The notes below the pieces were generated by a model, which saw only the letters and a list, made by a program, of their open reading frames with translations, searched no databases and was not told the DNA's origin. This document shows, one piece after another, positions 10,769-21,243 of a stretch of DNA of 64,000 nucleotides. This stretch comes from Clostridia bacterium. GTDB lineage: Bacteria; Bacillota; Clostridia; Acetivibrionales; STF1-152. Both the position numbers and the translations under genes were made by a program. The stretch covers positions 11,267 to 75,266 of the forward strand of contig JANQLN010000038.1 of assembly GCA_028280575.1 (NCBI GenBank), read 5' to 3'. Each line of letters opens with the position of its first letter. Position 1 is the first letter of the stretch.

Positions 10769-13015
10769 CTAAATCCGTTTTCTGGCTTCCGCTCTTTCAA
10801 TATATTTTTTTAGCTCAACCAGGTATTTGGACGGCAGTATTTCATTTCTTTTTCCCGGGTGAGCATGAAAACCGGAAAGATAAAGATATTCTTTTGCCCT
10901 CGTTATGCCTACATATAAAAGCCTCGCTTTTTCCGATATGGTTTCTATTTTAGATTCCAGTACATAGTTTTCCACCATTTCCCCCGTCAACTTATTTTCG
11001 AGCTCATGCTTGTAAATTGCATTCGGGTTACGGTAGTCAGGTTTTAAAAACCAGTACTCACCTATGAATTTATCACTTAAGTTAACCGGAAAGTCAGAAT
11101 AAGTAAGGCTTGTTAAAAATACGGCATCCCACTCGAGTCCTTTTGCTTTGTGGTATGTACACAGGGTAATAATACCTGGTTTCGGCTCATAGCCTTTAAG
11201 CTCCCAGACTATTCCTGCAAAATAGTTGAACGTATTTTTGGGGCTTAAAAGTTCAAATGCCAGGTCACTTAATCTCCACCTTGGATTTTGTGACATGAGA
11301 TATCTAACGTCCCCGGCAACCTTTTGAGCGACCGCTCTTTCTTCTTTGTCAAACTTAAGCTTCTCAGATATATATAATACAAGCTTCTCAACAACGGTTT
11401 GCGGAAACTCAAGAAAATCTTTTATGAGGCCAATCTTTTCTGTAAAAAACTCCCATATTTCACATTTAAGCAATTCATCAGGAATCTTATCATAATCTAT
11501 CTGCCCCCCAACCGGATAAATTATTTTTTCCACATGGCATTTAGAAAGATACTCCTCAAGAATTTTTAGTTCCTTCACTTGCTTTCCTGCTTTTTTTTCA
11601 TCCATACCGGTTTTATTTTTACCTGATCTTTTAATAAAGCACTCCAGCAGCATTTCATAAAGCTTTTCCCCATTATATGGGGATGATATGTAATCAATCA
11701 CCCTCCCCAATATCCTTATGGCTCTATTCCTTTCTGAGGAAGTATTGTCAAGCTGTTCAAAGGGTATGCCTTTAAGCTCAAGGAGTCCTGCAATATATGA
11801 ATTTTGCCATAAAGCCGGAGCAAGAATAGCAATTGTCTTATCCGGATTTTTTTTCAAGGTATATATCGCCTGCTTTACTACCGCAGCAGCTTCTTCTTTC
11901 CAGCTGCTGAATACCTTTGCTTTTACTCCATATTCCATAGTCCGGGGATTTGCATACGGATCATCTTTTCCAACAGGCTCAATATACTGCTTAATCAAGC
12001 TGTTTCTGCACTTTTCAACCGGATGGCCGTCTGTGATATAATCAACAAAATGATTTGCAAAATCAATAATATCCTTTGAACTCCTGCCGGACTGGGTAAT
12101 ATTATAGACAACCGTATTGTCATTTTCACAAAAATCCTTGAATAGCCTGAAATCACTGCTTGTAAACGTTCCACATATTGCCTGGTTGCTGTCACCGACT
12201 CTTAAGAGGTTTCCTCCTGCTATCAGTGTGAGAATATCATTTTGTATCCTGTTTGAATCCTGTGCCTCATCCTCACAAACAAAGGTATATTTTTTTCTAT
12301 ATTTTTCTAAAAGTACTTTATCTTCCTCAAGCATTCTTTTTGCATTGAAAAGCATGTCGTCAAAATCAAGGAATCCAGCCATTTTAAGCTTCCTGTCATA
12401 AATTCTGTAAATCTGCACACAGCACTTTAGCAGCGAATTGCCGGTAATACTGCTGCAAAGCTTTTCAGCAGCAGGGGCATTTATACCTTTTAGTTTAAAA
12501 TCGCCAATAGCACTGTTAACAACTCTTTCAAGCTTTTCATGCCACTTTTTGCAGATTTGCTCCAGCTTACCCGAGCTCATGTTTTCAGTGTCCACGAAAA
12601 ACATGAATGATTTTTCATTATGCCTTCTCCATTCATCAATACAACTGCTTATCAGCCGTACCTTGCTTAACTCATCTATTACTTTGAACTCCTGGTCGGC
12701 TATTACAAGATCGGGCTTTTCCTTGATTACCTGCAGGCACAGCCCGTGTATTGTTGATACGGAATATGCTCTTCCTGCTCTTATGCCTCTTAATTGAAGC
12801 TCTTTTGATATTCTCTGCTTGAAATTGTTAACCGCACTGTTCATATAAGTCACAATCAGGAGCTTTCCCGGCCTGTGCAAACCTTTTTCAATTATTCCCG
12901 CAGCCCACTGGGTGAGGCTGTAAGTCTTGCCTCCTCCGGGAATGGCAGGTACTGCACAATAACCCCCCGTATATTTTTCAACAAGTTCTTTTTGACCTTT
13001 TCTAAGTCCCATCAT
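10769..13015 (-). CDS. UvrD/Rep-family (SF1A) DNA helicase
   Basis: Walker A PGGGKTY, motif II CEDEAQDSN, GDSNQAI, QSGRSS, YHKAKGLEWDAVFL, YVGITRAKEYLYLS. Start set at the MMGLRK Met pair after GGGGGG. It overlaps the upstream gene stop by about 14 nt. Confidence 0.85.
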   Translation of the reverse strand: MMGLRKGQKELVEKYTGGYCAVPAIPGGGKTYSLTQWAAGIIEKGLHRPGKLLIVTYMNSAVNNFKQRISKELQLRGIRAGRAYSVSTIHGLCLQVIKEKPDLVIADQEFKVIDELSKVRLISSCIDEWRRHNEKSFMFFVDTENMSSGKLEQICKKWHEKLERVVNSAIGDFKLKGINAPAAEKLCSSITGNSLLKCCVQIYRIYDRKLKMAGFLDFDDMLFNAKRMLEEDKVLLEKYRKKYTFVCEDEAQDSNRIQNDILTLIAGGNLLRVGDSNQAICGTFTSSDFRLFKDFCENDNTVVYNITQSGRSSKDIIDFANHFVDYITDGHPVEKCRNSLIKQYIEPVGKDDPYANPRTMEYGVKAKVFSSWKEEAAAVVKQAIYTLKKNPDKTIAILAPALWQNSYIAGLLELKGIPFEQLDNTSSERNRAIRILGRVIDYISSPYNGEKLYEMLLECFIKRSGKNKTGMDEKKAGKQVKELKILEEYLSKCHVEKIIYPVGGQIDYDKIPDELLKCEIWEFFTEKIGLIKDFLEFPQTVVEKLVLYISEKLKFDKEERAVAQKVAGDVRYLMSQNPRWRLSDLAFELLSPKNTFNYFAGIVWELKGYEPKPGIITLCTYHKAKGLEWDAVFLTSLTYSDFPVNLSDKFIGEYWFLKPDYRNPNAIYKHELENKLTGEMVENYVLESKIETISEKARLLYVGITRAKEYLYLSGFHAHPGKRNEILPSKYLVELKKYIERAEARKRI

Positions 13016-15149
13016 ATCCCCCCGTAATACCGTCAAAGTATTCCGATAGAACTCCGTTATTCTCAAACCCACCTGAGGAAATATCAGATTCAAATGTTAT
13101 AAGCCTTTCACCACATCTTTTTATAATATTTCTCATCAAAACGGCGAGATATTTTCTTCTGTTTTCTTCCTCAAGCTCCTCTGTATATGCACTTCCCATA
13201 TCCCATGTCTTAGTAAGCACATGCGGATTCGTAAGCTCCCTTATACTCCTTGGATACCAGTTTTCACTGCTGATGCTTGTCAGGATAACCACCTTGCTTT
13301 CAATACCTGATGCCAGGAATGAAACAGGTGTTGCCAAAAACACAAAATCACCGGTAAGCTTTTCTTGAAGCTCAAAAATACTCTCCGCACCCTTTATGCC
13401 ATGACAGGCCATCTCTAAAAAATCCCTGCTCCCGTTCCTGTTAAACCGAGACACCGTATCCACAAAAGTTTTAGAACTATCTATAAGCTTTTTGGCCTGC
13501 AGTATATCATCCCTGTTAACATTTTCTTCAAGGAGTATTTCCATAAACACCCTTTGAAAAAACTCATTGATTAAAAGAGGCTTATCCATTTCCCGGTATT
13601 CCTTTATCCATGCTCTGATACTCTCGTATTTTTCCATATTATAATAACCGGTTCTTTCAACAAGGGCTGGAGAATCTATCTTTGGAAATCCTGCAAATGG
13701 CTTCTGCCTGCATATTTCACCAGAAATAATGGCACTTCTCACAGGATCAATTTTAAGTACCATTATTAAAAGATCCCTTACATGGTCGGAGTTTGGCATA
13801 ATTTTATATTGGGGATGGCAAAGCTGGGCAAGGGTGATAAGTGCTTGTGAAAACGGATTTTCCACAATTTTCTCCTTTCTCCCGATATTAAAGATACCAT
13901 ATCCCTTTTCCTTCAATATTCTTTCAAGAACATATTCCGTAACCTGATCTGCGTATGTTGATAAAACAGCAATATCCGACGGCATATAACCATCCTTTAC
14001 GATCAGGCTGTATATTCTTTCCCCGATTTTCTCAAGCATTTCACTTCTCAATTCAACAGGATCATTTCTCTCTATGGACCTGGTCATGGAGTGCTGTTCC
14101 GCTGGACCCGTTTTTGAGTCGTCCAAAGCCGTTTTCAATAGTTGGGCTGTCCCCGTATCTTTGAATGCGGCAAAGATGCTTGAATACAGTTTGTCTGCGA
14201 AGCTGAAAAGCTCAGGCGTACATGTTCTGGAACCTCTTAATTTTAAGACATCCAGCTTTTTGGAAAACCTTTTTTCCACATATTCACGGTTGCCGCCAAA
14301 GCTTTGTCCGTATCCTCCCTCGGGATTATAGGAAATCATGCATGAATACACTTTATCTATAAGAAAGTATACAAGGTCTGTCTGGGACGGTACACATTCC
14401 TCAAGATTATCAATTATCAAATGTTTGAATCTATTAAAAAGATGCTGCCTGTAGCTTTGATTTTGCAGGAGATGATTATGGTAAAGCTCAACAGCCATTC
14501 CAAAATCGAATACCCCAAGCTCCATGCATTTTTGCCGGTATGATGCTATAACACTATCCATGTCGCCATAAATTCGCCTTCTGGTTTCATCTTTTTGTGA
14601 AAGTGCACTGTAAAGCCTCTTTCCAATTTCAACATAAGGGATATTGGAAGTAGCAGCCTTAACAAGGTTTGCAGCAAGGTCTATTGAAATCCTGTCCGAA
14701 AATGAAGTAACACCTTCAAAAAGACCTTCCTTTTCCCTCCTTTTATTTATGACTTTTGCAAGCAGGTATTGTGCTGATTCAAAATTTAAAAACACAGGTT
14801 CAATGTCCCTGTACCCTATGTCCATACAGCTTTTTAAAAGCAGTGGATAGTATGTTCTCAATTCTGACTGTACAAATCCATAATATGAAGTTCTGCATAT
14901 AAGCCCGGAACCTGATAATATGGTTTTCTTTCGCCATTTCAGGGACTGCGTCCTGTTGAGCAGAAGCACCAGGATACTTTCACTAGGAGCACCGAGCCTT
15001 TCTACCATATGAATATACCTATCAAGCATAAGTAACGACTTCCCAGCTCCTGCGGCTCCTGTAATCATTATTTTCGTGTTTTTCAAAGGCATATCTATAA
15101 CCTCTTGCACATTGTCTATGTTTTTTATTATGCCGCCCTCCAAACCCAT
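13002..15149 (-). CDS. UvrD-like P-loop protein with degenerate helicase motifs (AddB-like partner without a nuclease domain)
   Basis: Walker A GAAGAGKS. Motif II is replaced by IIDNLEE. It shows UvrD-like 2A features (IAVLSTYADQV) but lacks clear motifs III and VI. No PD-(D/E)XK or Cys cluster was seen. Confidence 0.65.
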   Translation of the reverse strand: MGLEGGIIKNIDNVQEVIDMPLKNTKIMITGAAGAGKSLLMLDRYIHMVERLGAPSESILVLLLNRTQSLKWRKKTILSGSGLICRTSYYGFVQSELRTYYPLLLKSCMDIGYRDIEPVFLNFESAQYLLAKVINKRREKEGLFEGVTSFSDRISIDLAANLVKAATSNIPYVEIGKRLYSALSQKDETRRRIYGDMDSVIASYRQKCMELGVFDFGMAVELYHNHLLQNQSYRQHLFNRFKHLIIDNLEECVPSQTDLVYFLIDKVYSCMISYNPEGGYGQSFGGNREYVEKRFSKKLDVLKLRGSRTCTPELFSFADKLYSSIFAAFKDTGTAQLLKTALDDSKTGPAEQHSMTRSIERNDPVELRSEMLEKIGERIYSLIVKDGYMPSDIAVLSTYADQVTEYVLERILKEKGYGIFNIGRKEKIVENPFSQALITLAQLCHPQYKIMPNSDHVRDLLIMVLKIDPVRSAIISGEICRQKPFAGFPKIDSPALVERTGYYNMEKYESIRAWIKEYREMDKPLLINEFFQRVFMEILLEENVNRDDILQAKKLIDSSKTFVDTVSRFNRNGSRDFLEMACHGIKGAESIFELQEKLTGDFVFLATPVSFLASGIESKVVILTSISSENWYPRSIRELTNPHVLTKTWDMGSAYTEELEEENRRKYLAVLMRNIIKRCGERLITFESDISSGGFENNGVLSEYFDGITGGYDGT

Positions 15150-15382
15150 ATTTTAAATTATTGCCCAGAGTGCACTCCTAAAGCGTAATATTATTAATCC
15201 ACTAATTATACCATTTTTAAATTAATATTTTATATTGAAACAATATTTTTTCTTAATAATAAGACATTTTGTAATAATACACGTATTTATTTTTATCAGT
15301 ACTGCAAAAAGCTATTATATGTAACATCATAAATCTATGCACTATAGCTTTAAAATACACAAAGCTTTAGGAAGGAGAATAT

Positions 15383-16390
15383 ATGAATCTGACAAAAATA
15401 ACGGCCTTTTTGGTAATAGTAATGATTTTAGTATTTGCCGTGACAGCAGTCGCTGCAGGCCTTGGATGGATAGGCGGCTCGAAAAGCCGTTCGGAAGAAC
15501 AGGACGGTTTTCTCTTTAAGGGAAACATGATAAAAATCAATAGAGAAAAAGAATTTGATACATCAGAGAAAATAGAGGAAATATATATAAAAACAGTCAG
15601 CAGCAATATAAGCCTGGTGCCTGCAGCCGGTACACAACTTAAGGCAAGCCTTACCGGGCAGTTCACAAAAAACAGCAGGCAAACACCCGAATTGAAAGCT
15701 TATAAGGATGGAAATAAAATTACAATACAGGTGAATGAGATTAAATACGATTTCTTCAATTTTTTTAATTTTTTTGATAACAGGCAGCATATGAAATTAA
15801 CTGTTTATATTCCACAATCGTACTCCGGAAGCCTCAATATCAAATCTACTTCCGGGTCTGTTGACCTTCCCCGGCTGGAGCTTGACAAACTTACCTGTAA
15901 AACGGTTTCAGGAAGTATTTCCAGTGATTTGATCCATGCACATGATATAGAATCAAAGACTATATCAGGCAGTATGAATATTTCGGCAAAATGTGATTCT
16001 TTTGAATTCAGCTCCACGTCAGGAAGCTTCAAGGCCGGTGTGCTGGAAACAAAAACAGCCAGTCTTAATACTACATCGGGCAGTATTAAGGCCCAAGGCT
16101 TTACAGGAAAACTTGACGGGCACTCCGTATCGGGCAGTATAAATATTGGATTAAAATACTTAGAAGACGACATATATATAAAGACTCTTTCAGGCGGCGT
16201 TAAAATAAATCTTCCCCAAAGCTCAGAGTTTTATCTGGATTCCGTTTCGACATCAGGGAGTATAAGTTTAAGCGGTTTTGCTATAGAGCTTGAAAAGAAA
16301 ACCAGGAATTCACTTGTTGGAACCGTAGGTTCCGGTAAAAACAAAATTACAGTTAAAACCTCATCCGGCAGCCTTAATATATACAGGTAA
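15383..16390 (+). CDS. membrane-anchored DUF4097-like (putative adhesin, beta-helix repeat) protein
   Basis: N-terminal TM helix, then a repeated SGS(I/V/M/L) strand pattern (TSGSVDL, VSGSISS, ISGSMNI, TSGSFKA, TSGSIKA, VSGSINI, SSGSLNI). Confidence 0.6.
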   Translation: MNLTKITAFLVIVMILVFAVTAVAAGLGWIGGSKSRSEEQDGFLFKGNMIKINREKEFDTSEKIEEIYIKTVSSNISLVPAAGTQLKASLTGQFTKNSRQTPELKAYKDGNKITIQVNEIKYDFFNFFNFFDNRQHMKLTVYIPQSYSGSLNIKSTSGSVDLPRLELDKLTCKTVSGSISSDLIHAHDIESKTISGSMNISAKCDSFEFSSTSGSFKAGVLETKTASLNTTSGSIKAQGFTGKLDGHSVSGSINIGLKYLEDDIYIKTLSGGVKINLPQSSEFYLDSVSTSGSISLSGFAIELEKKTRNSLVGTVGSGKNKITVKTSSGSLNIYR

Positions 16391-16423
16391 AATTAACATC
16401 CCAAGAAGCGATGCCCATTTATT

Positions 16424-16454
16424 AAGACCATACTAAATTTAATAGTATGGTCTT
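16424..16454. terminator. bidirectional hairpin between convergent genes
   Basis: AAGACCATACTA-AATTTAA-TAGTATGGTCTT, a perfect 12-bp stem. Confidence 0.6.
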
Positions 16455-16481
16455 TACTTAATATTGTATCCAAATTGCTTT

Positions 16482-17777
16482 TTAAAGCAGCTTTTTGATA
16501 AAAAACATATTATCAAGCACTTCCCAGTTTTGGGGGAACGGAACACCCAGCACCCAATAGCTTACGCCTTTTAATTTATATCGGGCGGCAAGCTTGAGCT
16601 TTGCTTCAATGCTTCTTGCATCTTCAAACCATATTACATGCTTTATGCCCTGTTCATCCCAATAGTTGAACCATGGAGACTGGACATTGTAATCATAGTT
16701 TATGCTGGAACCGTATTGGGCCGCAATCCCAATGGCTTCCTGGGGGCTTACCCGCTTCGCCCAGCCGCCCTGGGGCATATACGGGAGCGGCCAATCATAT
16801 CCGTAAGTGGGTACGCCCATCATTATTTTTTCAGGTGGTATGACTGACGCAGCATATCTCACTACATCCTCTACAAGGTCAATTGGTGCAACAGCATAAG
16901 GCGGGCCACCCGACCATCCCCATTCATAAGTCATAAGTATGACAAAGTCCACTATTTCCCCATGGGCCTTGTAATCATGGGCCCCATGCCATGCTCCCGT
17001 CTGGTAATCCTCCGGTTTTGGGGCCAGTGCAGTTGACACGGGATAATTCTTAGGCCTGAAAAATGCAACCGCATTCTTAAGAAAATCATTGTAAAGCTGC
17101 CTGCTTTCAGGTAATATTCTTTCAAAATCTATATTCAATCCGTAATACCCTTTTTCTTCCATCACTTTAAGAATATTATTAAAAAGCTTTGCCTGCAGGT
17201 CATTATTTGTAAGAATTGTTTGAGCCAGTTCTGCGTCAAAGTTTCCTTCACGGAAATTAGTAATTACCATAAGCGGCGCTATATTGTATTTTTTTGCAGT
17301 ATTGAGAATTGTGGTATCATTTATACCTGTAAGCGTGGCATCATAATTTACCTGGTAACTGAATGGACTTATATAAGTAAGGTATTTGCCCACATTATCT
17401 ACTATTTTCTTTTCATTTTCTGCAGTTGAAGGTTCGATATAGGCATTGGTTTCAATAGTACCGTAATTTTTTGATTGCTGCGGTATCCTGAGGCCCATAC
17501 CAGGATATATCTGGCCCGGACTCGTAATGTTATTAAGTCTTACTATGCTTTCTACAGATACACCGAATTTTCTGCTGATAGACCAAAGGCTATCTCCAGG
17601 CATTACTATGTATGCCTGCTCCGTTGTAGGAATAACCAGTGCCTGTCCCACTACCAAATATGGTATTTCATCCAAATCATTAGCCTCCACTATACTTTGG
17701 GTGCTCACTCCAAAAGTGTTGGATATACTATAAAGAGAATCACCGGCTTTTACAACATATATTGTCAATATAATCAC
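16482..17777 (-). CDS. GH18 family spore peptidoglycan hydrolase with 2 LysM domains (YaaH/SleL-like)
   Basis: Two N-terminal LysM motifs (YVVKAGDSLYSIS..., YIVMPGDSLWSIS...) and a GH18 catalytic region YGLNIDFE. Confidence 0.8.
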   Translation of the reverse strand: MIILTIYVVKAGDSLYSISNTFGVSTQSIVEANDLDEIPYLVVGQALVIPTTEQAYIVMPGDSLWSISRKFGVSVESIVRLNNITSPGQIYPGMGLRIPQQSKNYGTIETNAYIEPSTAENEKKIVDNVGKYLTYISPFSYQVNYDATLTGINDTTILNTAKKYNIAPLMVITNFREGNFDAELAQTILTNNDLQAKLFNNILKVMEEKGYYGLNIDFERILPESRQLYNDFLKNAVAFFRPKNYPVSTALAPKPEDYQTGAWHGAHDYKAHGEIVDFVILMTYEWGWSGGPPYAVAPIDLVEDVVRYAASVIPPEKIMMGVPTYGYDWPLPYMPQGGWAKRVSPQEAIGIAAQYGSSINYDYNVQSPWFNYWDEQGIKHVIWFEDARSIEAKLKLAARYKLKGVSYWVLGVPFPQNWEVLDNMFFIKKLL

Positions 17778-18242
17778 TCCCTGGAATTTTTATATGTAAA
17801 CATAAATATTACAGTTACATATTATTCAGAGAGCATTAAAAAGGTTTCATTAACTTCAATATTATTATATCTTTTTTCAATAAAAACAAAGAAGAATTTT
17901 AACAAATACTTGTATAAAAGGACTTACAGGTATCATCCCTGAAAATCATAATAGTAAACCTCTGGAAACAGACGTAGAATGTCCTACACTTACTCCTGGT
18001 GAAAACAGCATAAAAGCAAAAGCTGCAAGTGTTGATACACCGGATATACCCTTTATATTTTTAACTTTCAGACAAAAGTTCGTATGCTTTAACCGGCACA
18101 AGTTCCACATATCAGACATATAATACATAGAGGCGGCAGATAAAAGGTATCTGGCTTCTCATAGAATAATTTAAATATATATTTAGTAATCAAATGTGGA
18201 GTGTGAAAGAATACAGCTTCTCCCTCCTATTTTTGGAAGGAA

Positions 18243-18938
18243 ATGATAACTAACATGAATTTCAGGCAATGTCCTGCGGGCTCCGTGCCTTATACTATAA
18301 GAGCCGGGGACACACTTGGTAAAATAGCTTGGACGTATAATTCGAGCGTGCAGGATATAATAGGTGCAAATCCCGGTATTACACCAACTAATTTGACAAT
18401 AGGACAGGATATTTGTGTTCCTCTTAAGATCCAGCCTTATCCTTCATGCCCTACAACCAACTATTATGTGGTTAAAGAAGGCGATACAATGGAATCAATA
18501 GCCGGATATTTCAATATTACTGTCCAACAGCTGATGTTCTCAAACTACGGAATAGGAGCCGAGGATTTATATGTTGACCAGGTCATATGTATACCTGTTG
18601 CTCCCTCACCTGTAAATGTGGAGGTAATTGTTGAAGCCCGGACACTGGTAGTGTACCGAAATGGAAATGAACTTGCGAGCTACACAATTGCGGTTGAAAA
18701 CCCTGACCTTCCTGTACCCAGGGGTACATTTTCAGTAATAAACAAAAATGTGGACCCTGGAGTAGAAGGTGGTTCAAGGTGGCTGGGCTTATCCGAAGCA
18801 GACTTTGGTATAAGAGGGATTAACTCGTCCGAATTTGTAGATGCATATTCAACAGGTAACAGCCTTGTATTGTCCAACAGTGACGTAAGTGAATTGTTTA
18901 ATCTTGTACCCGTAGGAACTTCTGTGAGAGTGAGGTAA
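18243..18938 (+). CDS. LysM x2 plus a YkuD-fold domain lacking the catalytic His/Cys (pseudo L,D-transpeptidase)
   Basis: Aligns with the next gene, but FGIRGIN...STGNSLVL replaces YGIHGTN...SNGCIRM. Confidence 0.75.
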   Translation: MITNMNFRQCPAGSVPYTIRAGDTLGKIAWTYNSSVQDIIGANPGITPTNLTIGQDICVPLKIQPYPSCPTTNYYVVKEGDTMESIAGYFNITVQQLMFSNYGIGAEDLYVDQVICIPVAPSPVNVEVIVEARTLVVYRNGNELASYTIAVENPDLPVPRGTFSVINKNVDPGVEGGSRWLGLSEADFGIRGINSSEFVDAYSTGNSLVLSNSDVSELFNLVPVGTSVRVR

Positions 18939-18943
18939 TAAAA

Positions 18944-19975
18944 GTGTTTTATAAAAAATTATTCCGCCAATGTCCTTACGGCAGTATACCTTATATCATA
19001 CAAAGCGGTGACACACTTTTTGCTCTGGCAGTGAGATTTAATACAACCGTAAATGCAATACTTGCCTTAAATCCCGGTATTATACCTGAAAGACTGTTTA
19101 TCGGACAAACGTTATGCATACCACAGCCCACCTGTCCGTCGGGTACGGAAATTTATGTAATAAAGGGTGGGGATACCATTGCCCTGTTGGCGAAAAGATT
19201 CAATACAACCGTAAGCGCAATACTTGATGTAAATCCAGGCATTGTACCTGAGAGGCTGTTTATCGGGCAGGAAATTTGCATACCCCGACAGATCCAGGAA
19301 CCGTCCTGTCCCATAGGCACCGCACCTTATACAATTAGAAGCGGCGATACACTTGCAAAAATCGCCGGAAGATTCAATACCTCCGTAGAAGCTATACTTT
19401 TTGCCAATCCGGGAATCATACCTGAAAGGCTGTCTGTGGGACAAATTATCTGTGTAGCTCAGGAAAAACCATTACTACCCGCATGTCCTACATCAAATTA
19501 CTATGTTATTACCAAAGGCGATACACTGGCCTCCATTGCGTTTACATTTGATGTAGGTTTACAGGAGTTGCTTAATGCAAATCCAGGAATAAATCCTAGA
19601 AATTTGTATATAGGGCAAGTTGTCTGTATCCCGGCAAAACCTTCTCCTGTAGGTATTACTGTCAGTATTCCTGCCAAAACACTTACCCTTTACCGTCAGG
19701 GAAGTTTTGTAAAAGCATATACCGTAGCCACAGGTAAACCAAATACACCAACTCCTACAGGGACATTCACAATTGTAAACAAGCAAATAGATCCGGGCGG
19801 TCCCTTCGGAACAAGATGGATGGGGCTGTCGGAACCCCATTACGGCATACATGGCACTAATAATCCTGCTTCCATAGGTCAGTCAGCTTCCAACGGCTGC
19901 ATTAGGATGTACAACTGCGATGTGAACGAACTTTTCAATGATGTGGCTGTAGGTACTGTTGTAAGGATATTTTAA
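18944..19975 (+). CDS. LysM x4 L,D-transpeptidase (YkuD family)
   Basis: GTG start. Four LysM repeats (YIIQSGDTLFALA and others) and the canonical YkuD motif HGTNNPASIGQSASNGCIRM. Confidence 0.85.
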   Translation: MFYKKLFRQCPYGSIPYIIQSGDTLFALAVRFNTTVNAILALNPGIIPERLFIGQTLCIPQPTCPSGTEIYVIKGGDTIALLAKRFNTTVSAILDVNPGIVPERLFIGQEICIPRQIQEPSCPIGTAPYTIRSGDTLAKIAGRFNTSVEAILFANPGIIPERLSVGQIICVAQEKPLLPACPTSNYYVITKGDTLASIAFTFDVGLQELLNANPGINPRNLYIGQVVCIPAKPSPVGITVSIPAKTLTLYRQGSFVKAYTVATGKPNTPTPTGTFTIVNKQIDPGGPFGTRWMGLSEPHYGIHGTNNPASIGQSASNGCIRMYNCDVNELFNDVAVGTVVRIF

Positions 19976-20025
19976 TTATAATTTTTTCTGTCCTGTCTAT
20001 CCTTTAATTTATGGACTCGTACCGG

Positions 20026-21243
20026 TCATTTTATACCTGCCGCCACCTCAACACAGCTTTGATGCTTGGTATCAAGCTGTCCATCCTTATGTCTGGTACT
20101 GTTTAAAAAATGTATATCAAAATGACCATGTGCCCCATTATTTTTTATCCAGTCATAGTTAGTACCTGAAGGATAATTTCCGCTTCTCCAATCAGCCCAT
20201 ACACCGCCAGGTACGCTATCATTGCCTGCATGAGGCATAGCAGTGGCGCTTGCCGCTATTTTTCTTCCATTAACCATTATGGTAACGGGACGCCTTACCC
20301 AACTAAATTCTCCTCCCCAGATTTCCTTCATTTTTTCAGTGTCTTCCAGGGTCAGGGTTTCACAGTCCGCATGGTTTGCTCCACCCGTACGCTTTGCTTT
20401 GAATGATTTGCCTGTATAAAAATCCACTACCGTAAAACTGCTTTCCCTTGGTATGACATACTGTGCCTCAGACCACCACTCCAGGAATTCACCATACTTT
20501 GCACCGGGAGTGTCCTTAACCGGAATATGATGAACGGGAATTTTTAGTATGCTTCCCACACTTAACTGTGACGATTCATTTAGACCGTTGGCATTAAGAA
20601 GTTCATAATATGGTAAGCCGAATTTTATTGCAATATTCCATATATTGTCATTTTTTTGCACCGTATAGCTTGTGTAAGTGACATAGGGCTTTGAAGGCTC
20701 TGCACCATTTAAATAAGATACCGGTATTTTTATCTTTTGGCCAATGTATATAATTGTATTTTCATCAGCCCCGTTTAATTCAAGTAAATCGAGCAGGCTA
20801 ATTCCGTATTTTTTACTTATAATGTAAAATGTTTCTCCTGCTACGACCGTATGTATAAGCTCACTTGATGATGGTATTAAAACCCTGTCACCAATGTAGA
20901 GTATTGTTTTATCGCTGGCGCCGTTTTCAGAAAGCAGCTTGTGTAAATTTATTCTATATTTTTTACTTATTATCCAATATGTCTCACCTGATTGGACTGT
21001 GTGCACTATTTGACCGGCCGACGGTACTGTTATGGTTTGTCCGGGATAGATTACAGTATTTATATCGGCGTTGTTTGCCCTCATAATATCTATAGCACTA
21101 ACACCGTACCTATAGCCGATTTCCCCGAAAGTGTCTCCCTTTTTCACAGTGTATGAAAAGCTCTGTGCAAATAATGTACCTGTGCTGCTAATGAGTACGG
21201 CCAAACTTAATACGCCCGAAATAAGCAGTTTCTTGGCATCCAT
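20026..21243 (-). CDS. secreted LysM x4 protein with an uncharacterised ~170-aa C-terminal domain
   Basis: Signal peptide MDAKKLLISGVLSLAVLISSTGTLFAQS, four LysM motifs and a His-rich C-terminus (GAHGHFDIHF). Confidence 0.7.
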   Translation of the reverse strand: MDAKKLLISGVLSLAVLISSTGTLFAQSFSYTVKKGDTFGEIGYRYGVSAIDIMRANNADINTVIYPGQTITVPSAGQIVHTVQSGETYWIISKKYRINLHKLLSENGASDKTILYIGDRVLIPSSSELIHTVVAGETFYIISKKYGISLLDLLELNGADENTIIYIGQKIKIPVSYLNGAEPSKPYVTYTSYTVQKNDNIWNIAIKFGLPYYELLNANGLNESSQLSVGSILKIPVHHIPVKDTPGAKYGEFLEWWSEAQYVIPRESSFTVVDFYTGKSFKAKRTGGANHADCETLTLEDTEKMKEIWGGEFSWVRRPVTIMVNGRKIAASATAMPHAGNDSVPGGVWADWRSGNYPSGTNYDWIKNNGAHGHFDIHFLNSTRHKDGQLDTKHQSCVEVAAGIK

